The position numbers and the translations under genes are program-made. Positions 60,840-64,000 of a DNA stretch of 64,000 bases are shown here, piece after piece. Numbering within the stretch: the stretch's first letter is position 1; each line of letters begins with the position of its first letter. Source of the stretch: Opitutia bacterium (GTDB lineage Bacteria; Verrucomicrobiota; Verrucomicrobiia; Opitutales; T3Sed10-336); contig JBJHCF010000020.1 of NCBI GenBank assembly GCA_050506795.1, positions 1 through 64,000 of the forward strand, in the 5' to 3' direction. The notes below the pieces were generated by a model. The model was not told the DNA's origin, ran no database searches, and was given only the letters and a program-made list of their open reading frames with translations.

Positions 60840-62228
60840 ATGAGTTGCTTCAGAAGTCTTTTGGTCCTGATTCTTATTTTCGGGATAACGATTCCATTGG
60901 AGGCTCTCAGGGCCAACACTGACAATGTTTTCGACTGGAAAGTCGACCAGCAGTTGAAGGAGCTTTACCTCCCGGAGGAAGTCGGCCGGGTTACCCGCGA
61001 CAATGACTACTCCGACCCTGAAAGCGACTACAGCTTTACGCGTATGGTTCAGGGGCCCAACGTGGCCATCTTCTGGCACAAGGAGTACGGTGATGTGCCG
61101 ATGAATAATCCGGATCCACGCCGCACGTTTAACCCCTACCGCATGCTCGAGGAGGTTGAGCGTTATTACCGGTTTTACGTCAATGAGATGGAGTATGTGA
61201 TAAAGGGTAAATCCATCAGCGACGATAAGAAGCTCCTGGTTTATGTCTTCGGGGGTGACGGAGGCACGGCTTTCGGTGGGGGTGCCGAGGGTGCCGTGGG
61301 GGTATTCTGGACCCCGGCCGTGCGGGTGAATCGTGAACCCTATGGTGTCATTGCGCACGAACTTGCCCATAGCTTTCAATTCATGTCGCGAGTCGACAGC
61401 GGCGGCGCCAGCGCACGAGGCGGGGTGAATGAGATGGCGGCCCAGTACTTCCTGTGGCAGGTCCTGCCGGAGTGGCAGAGTTTTGAAAACTACCATCTCG
61501 AAGCCTTTATGGGAAAAACCCATTATGCGTTCTTGCACCAGACCAATATTTATCACTCGCCGTATGTGATCGAGTATTGGTCCAACCAGCATGGTCTTCA
61601 GTTCTGGGGCGAATTGAACCGAAAGACTGAAAGTGGCGAAGATGTGGTGCAGACCTACAAGCGGCTGCGAGAGATGTCCCAGGAGGAATTCAATGACGAA
61701 ATGTTTGACGCGGTGCGCCGTTTCATCACGTGGGACATGCCTCGCATCCAGGAGGTTTCGAAGCCCTATCGAAATCAGCACCAGTCCGAGTTGATCGCAT
61801 CCGACGACGGTTGGTACCGGATCGCTCCTTCGCGGGTACCGCAGAACTACGGGTATAATGGCATTCGGCTCCAGGTTCCGGATGCCGGGACTGAAGTGCG
61901 TTTGGAGTTCAGGGGTATTGCCGGAGCCGAAGGCTACAACGCGAGAAATGTGGAGCTGGCCGGCTGGCGTTACGGTTTTGTCGCCTACACCAGTGACGAG
62001 CGACGGATTTACAGCGACGTCTGGAATTCGGCGGGAGGCGATGTGCGGTTTGTGGTGCCCGATGAGACCGAGTACCTCTGGCTGGTGGTCATGGGGGCTC
62101 CGGAAGAACATTTTCCGGTCGCCGGCCGCCGTGGCGGCGCTTCTTCAGACGAGCCGGCCGAAGAAGCCTGGCCCTACCAGGTCCGTCTGAGCAACGCTTC
62201 CATTCATGAGGCGTTTATCCGTTATTAG
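60840..62228 (+). CDS. Exported zincin-like protein (DUF6055-like)
   Basis: Signal peptide, IAHELAHSFQ then NEMAAQY, PQNYGYN, GWRYGFVA, LWLVVMGAP, WPYQV. Confidence 0.75.
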   Translation: MSCFRSLLVLILIFGITIPLEALRANTDNVFDWKVDQQLKELYLPEEVGRVTRDNDYSDPESDYSFTRMVQGPNVAIFWHKEYGDVPMNNPDPRRTFNPYRMLEEVERYYRFYVNEMEYVIKGKSISDDKKLLVYVFGGDGGTAFGGGAEGAVGVFWTPAVRVNREPYGVIAHELAHSFQFMSRVDSGGASARGGVNEMAAQYFLWQVLPEWQSFENYHLEAFMGKTHYAFLHQTNIYHSPYVIEYWSNQHGLQFWGELNRKTESGEDVVQTYKRLREMSQEEFNDEMFDAVRRFITWDMPRIQEVSKPYRNQHQSELIASDDGWYRIAPSRVPQNYGYNGIRLQVPDAGTEVRLEFRGIAGAEGYNARNVELAGWRYGFVAYTSDERRIYSDVWNSAGGDVRFVVPDETEYLWLVVMGAPEEHFPVAGRRGGASSDEPAEEAWPYQVRLSNASIHEAFIRY

Positions 62229-62345
62229 GAGAATCGTAACCCAATGGGACAGAGCACGGGTGCGCCGTCCCGCGATTGCCATGACCTGGTGGGCCGGTTT
62301 TTATCATTGATCCGCCTTCCAACTCGCATCAGCCTTGAAGAGCGT

Positions 62346-62513
62346 ATGTTAAGCTGGGCTGTGGTTTTCTTTATTATCGCGATTATCGCGGGGATTCTTG
62401 GGTTTACCGGAATCGCGGGGGCTGCGGCGAGCATCGCCCAGATCCTCTTTTTCCTTTTTCTGGTGTTGTTTGTTTTGTTGCTGGTGTTTGGCCGCCGGCC
62501 TCCTCCAGCCTGA
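62346..62513 (+). CDS. DUF1328 (UPF0391, YtjA-like) small membrane protein
   Basis: [35 protein letters not shown]. Confidence 0.93.
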   Translation: MLSWAVVFFIIAIIAGILGFTGIAGAAASIAQILFFLFLVLFVLLLVFGRRPPPA

Positions 62514-62527
62514 TTATTTATTGTTCA

Positions 62528-63775
62528 ATGAAAAAGATCGAAAAGTTTACTTTTGGCATGGGGGACCGTTTCGCCCATCAGGGTGCGGCGCAGATCAAGG
62601 CGATTCTGGACGCCCGGGCGGACGGGATAGAAGTGTTTCCGGTATGGAACAAGTCGAACCGGGAGCATTTGATCGTCGGGTCCAGGCCCGAGTCGCTTCG
62701 CGCCGAGGCGGACGCGGCGGTCAAGGCCGCCGGCTGGGACAAACCGTATTATGTTGATGCCGACCATGTGAACTTGAAGACCGTGGACGGGTTTCTGGCG
62801 CACAGTGATTTCTTCACGCTGGATGTGGCCGACCAGGTGGGGAAACCGGCGGACCGGGAGGTGGCGGAGGCGTTTGTGGAAGCCCACCGCGATCTCTACG
62901 GCGCGCTCGGTATTCCCGGTTTGGACGGCGAGTTAAAGCTGACCGAGGCAGACGCCCGTTCCGCGGCGGAGCGTTTCCTGGAAGCCATTCGCGAGGCGGG
63001 CCGGATCTATCGTTACATCAAGGAAAAGAAATCGGGTGACGATTTTGTGGTCGAAGTGTCCATCGACGAAACCGATGCCGCGCAGACTCCGGCCGACCTG
63101 CTGTTCATCCTGGCCATGATCGCCCAGGAAAAGATTCCCGCACAGACCGTGGCGCCCAAGTTCACGGGACGGTTCAACAAAGGCGTGGATTACGTGGGCG
63201 ACCTGGAGCAGTTTGAAAAGGAATTCGCCGCCGACCTGGCGATTGTCCGGTACGCGGTGGATCGCTTTGGGTTGCCGGATAGCCTTAAACTCAGCGTGCA
63301 TTCGGGAAGCGACAAGTTTTCCCTTTATCCGGTGATCAATCGCCTGCTGAAAAAGTTCGGCGCCGGGGTGCATGTGAAAACCGCCGGCACCACCTGGCTG
63401 GAGGAGGTCATCGGCCTGGCGGAAGCCGGCAATGACGGTCTGGAGATCGCCAAGGCCATATACTCCGGGGCGCACGCCAAGTTCGACGAGCTGACCGCCC
63501 CCTACTCCACGGTGATCGATATCGAATTTGACTACCTGCCCCGTCCGGCCGAAGTGGCGCAGTGGAATTCACAGAAGTTTGTCGCGGTTCTCCGGCACGA
63601 CCCCGGCAGTTCCGAGTACAACCACCATTTCCGTCAGTTGATCCACGTCGGCTTCAAGGTCGCCGCTTCCATGGGCGACCGCTACACCGACGCCCTGAAA
63701 AAGCACGAACCCATCATCGCCGCCAACGTCACCGCCAACCTCCTGGAACGCCACATCCGCCCGATCTTCAGGTGA
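62528..63775 (+). CDS. uxaE: Tagaturonate/fructuronate epimerase
   Basis: FGMGDRF, DADH, EVSIDET, APKFTGRFNKGVDY, KLSVHSGSDKFS, HVKTAGTTWLE. Confidence 0.9.
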   Translation: MKKIEKFTFGMGDRFAHQGAAQIKAILDARADGIEVFPVWNKSNREHLIVGSRPESLRAEADAAVKAAGWDKPYYVDADHVNLKTVDGFLAHSDFFTLDVADQVGKPADREVAEAFVEAHRDLYGALGIPGLDGELKLTEADARSAAERFLEAIREAGRIYRYIKEKKSGDDFVVEVSIDETDAAQTPADLLFILAMIAQEKIPAQTVAPKFTGRFNKGVDYVGDLEQFEKEFAADLAIVRYAVDRFGLPDSLKLSVHSGSDKFSLYPVINRLLKKFGAGVHVKTAGTTWLEEVIGLAEAGNDGLEIAKAIYSGAHAKFDELTAPYSTVIDIEFDYLPRPAEVAQWNSQKFVAVLRHDPGSSEYNHHFRQLIHVGFKVAASMGDRYTDALKKHEPIIAANVTANLLERHIRPIFR

Positions 63776-63811
63776 GCTTTTTCGAATCCGAAGTCGGAGG
63801 CCGACGAGGGG

Positions 63812-64000
63812 CTAGAGCGGAATGAGGGAGCTGCGATTTTCTTCAGTTATCTCGTCGAGGGTCAAAAACCGGAGTATGGGAATCTGATTTCCTTCGGCGG
63901 AGCCTTCGGACCTTGCCGCCAGTGTGACATCAAGGTCCCGGGGTGACAGTCGAAACATGGCTCCGGTAATCGGGTCAACCACCAGGAAGCCGATCAGACC
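63812..64000 (-). CDS. 3' end of a hypothetical protein (runs off the window edge)
   Basis: Open minus frame GLIGFLVVDPITGAMFRLSP...SLIPL* ending in TAG at 63812-63814. Confidence 0.65.
   Translation of the reverse strand, partial: GLIGFLVVDPITGAMFRLSPRDLDVTLAARSEGSAEGNQIPILRFLTLDEITEENRSSLIPL

Noticed and set aside
61350..61380. IAHELAHSFQ as a second DUF4157/eCIS motif
   Set aside because: The context fits an ordinary zincin HExxH with a downstream Glu in a DUF6055-like protein and lacks VVQQ.

Overview
GC-rich bacterial chromosome segment, most likely Verrucomicrobiota (Opitutales-like). This is inferred from ilvE-mcsA-mcsB-clpC synteny, a PVC-type heme/beta-propeller protein, a tandem LacI and the C-terminal tails of its secreted proteins. 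The organism is probably salt-adapted: a fused glycine/sarcosine/dimethylglycine methyltransferase sits next to metK-ahcY, and the exported proteins are very acidic. The first 37 kb is mostly housekeeping: M42 peptidase, a cnrYXH-like ECF module, MMPL, cls, metK, ahcY, ilvE, mcsAB-clpC, ppc, an rlmD-like gene, purA and purN. It also holds a decayed gene, a RAYT-type HUH transposase, GTAG-type REPs and heptamer repeat arrays. The second half is accessory and surface-related. The standout is a tightly coupled 11.3-kb three-gene operon (40043-51365) of large, Cys-rich, signal-peptide-bearing proteins of unknown function. Its third gene carries isolated motifs typical of contractile-injection-system proteins (tube-like KYDNITLKRG and DUF4157-like AHELAHVVQQ). 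Other candidates are a structured leader RNA upstream of the betaine-synthesis gene, an ECF-promoter/terminator-bounded sRNA near 5.4-5.5 kb, and a secreted protein with nested domain insertions. No rRNA, tRNA or CRISPR array was seen. All family calls come from motif recognition by eye; no searches were run.
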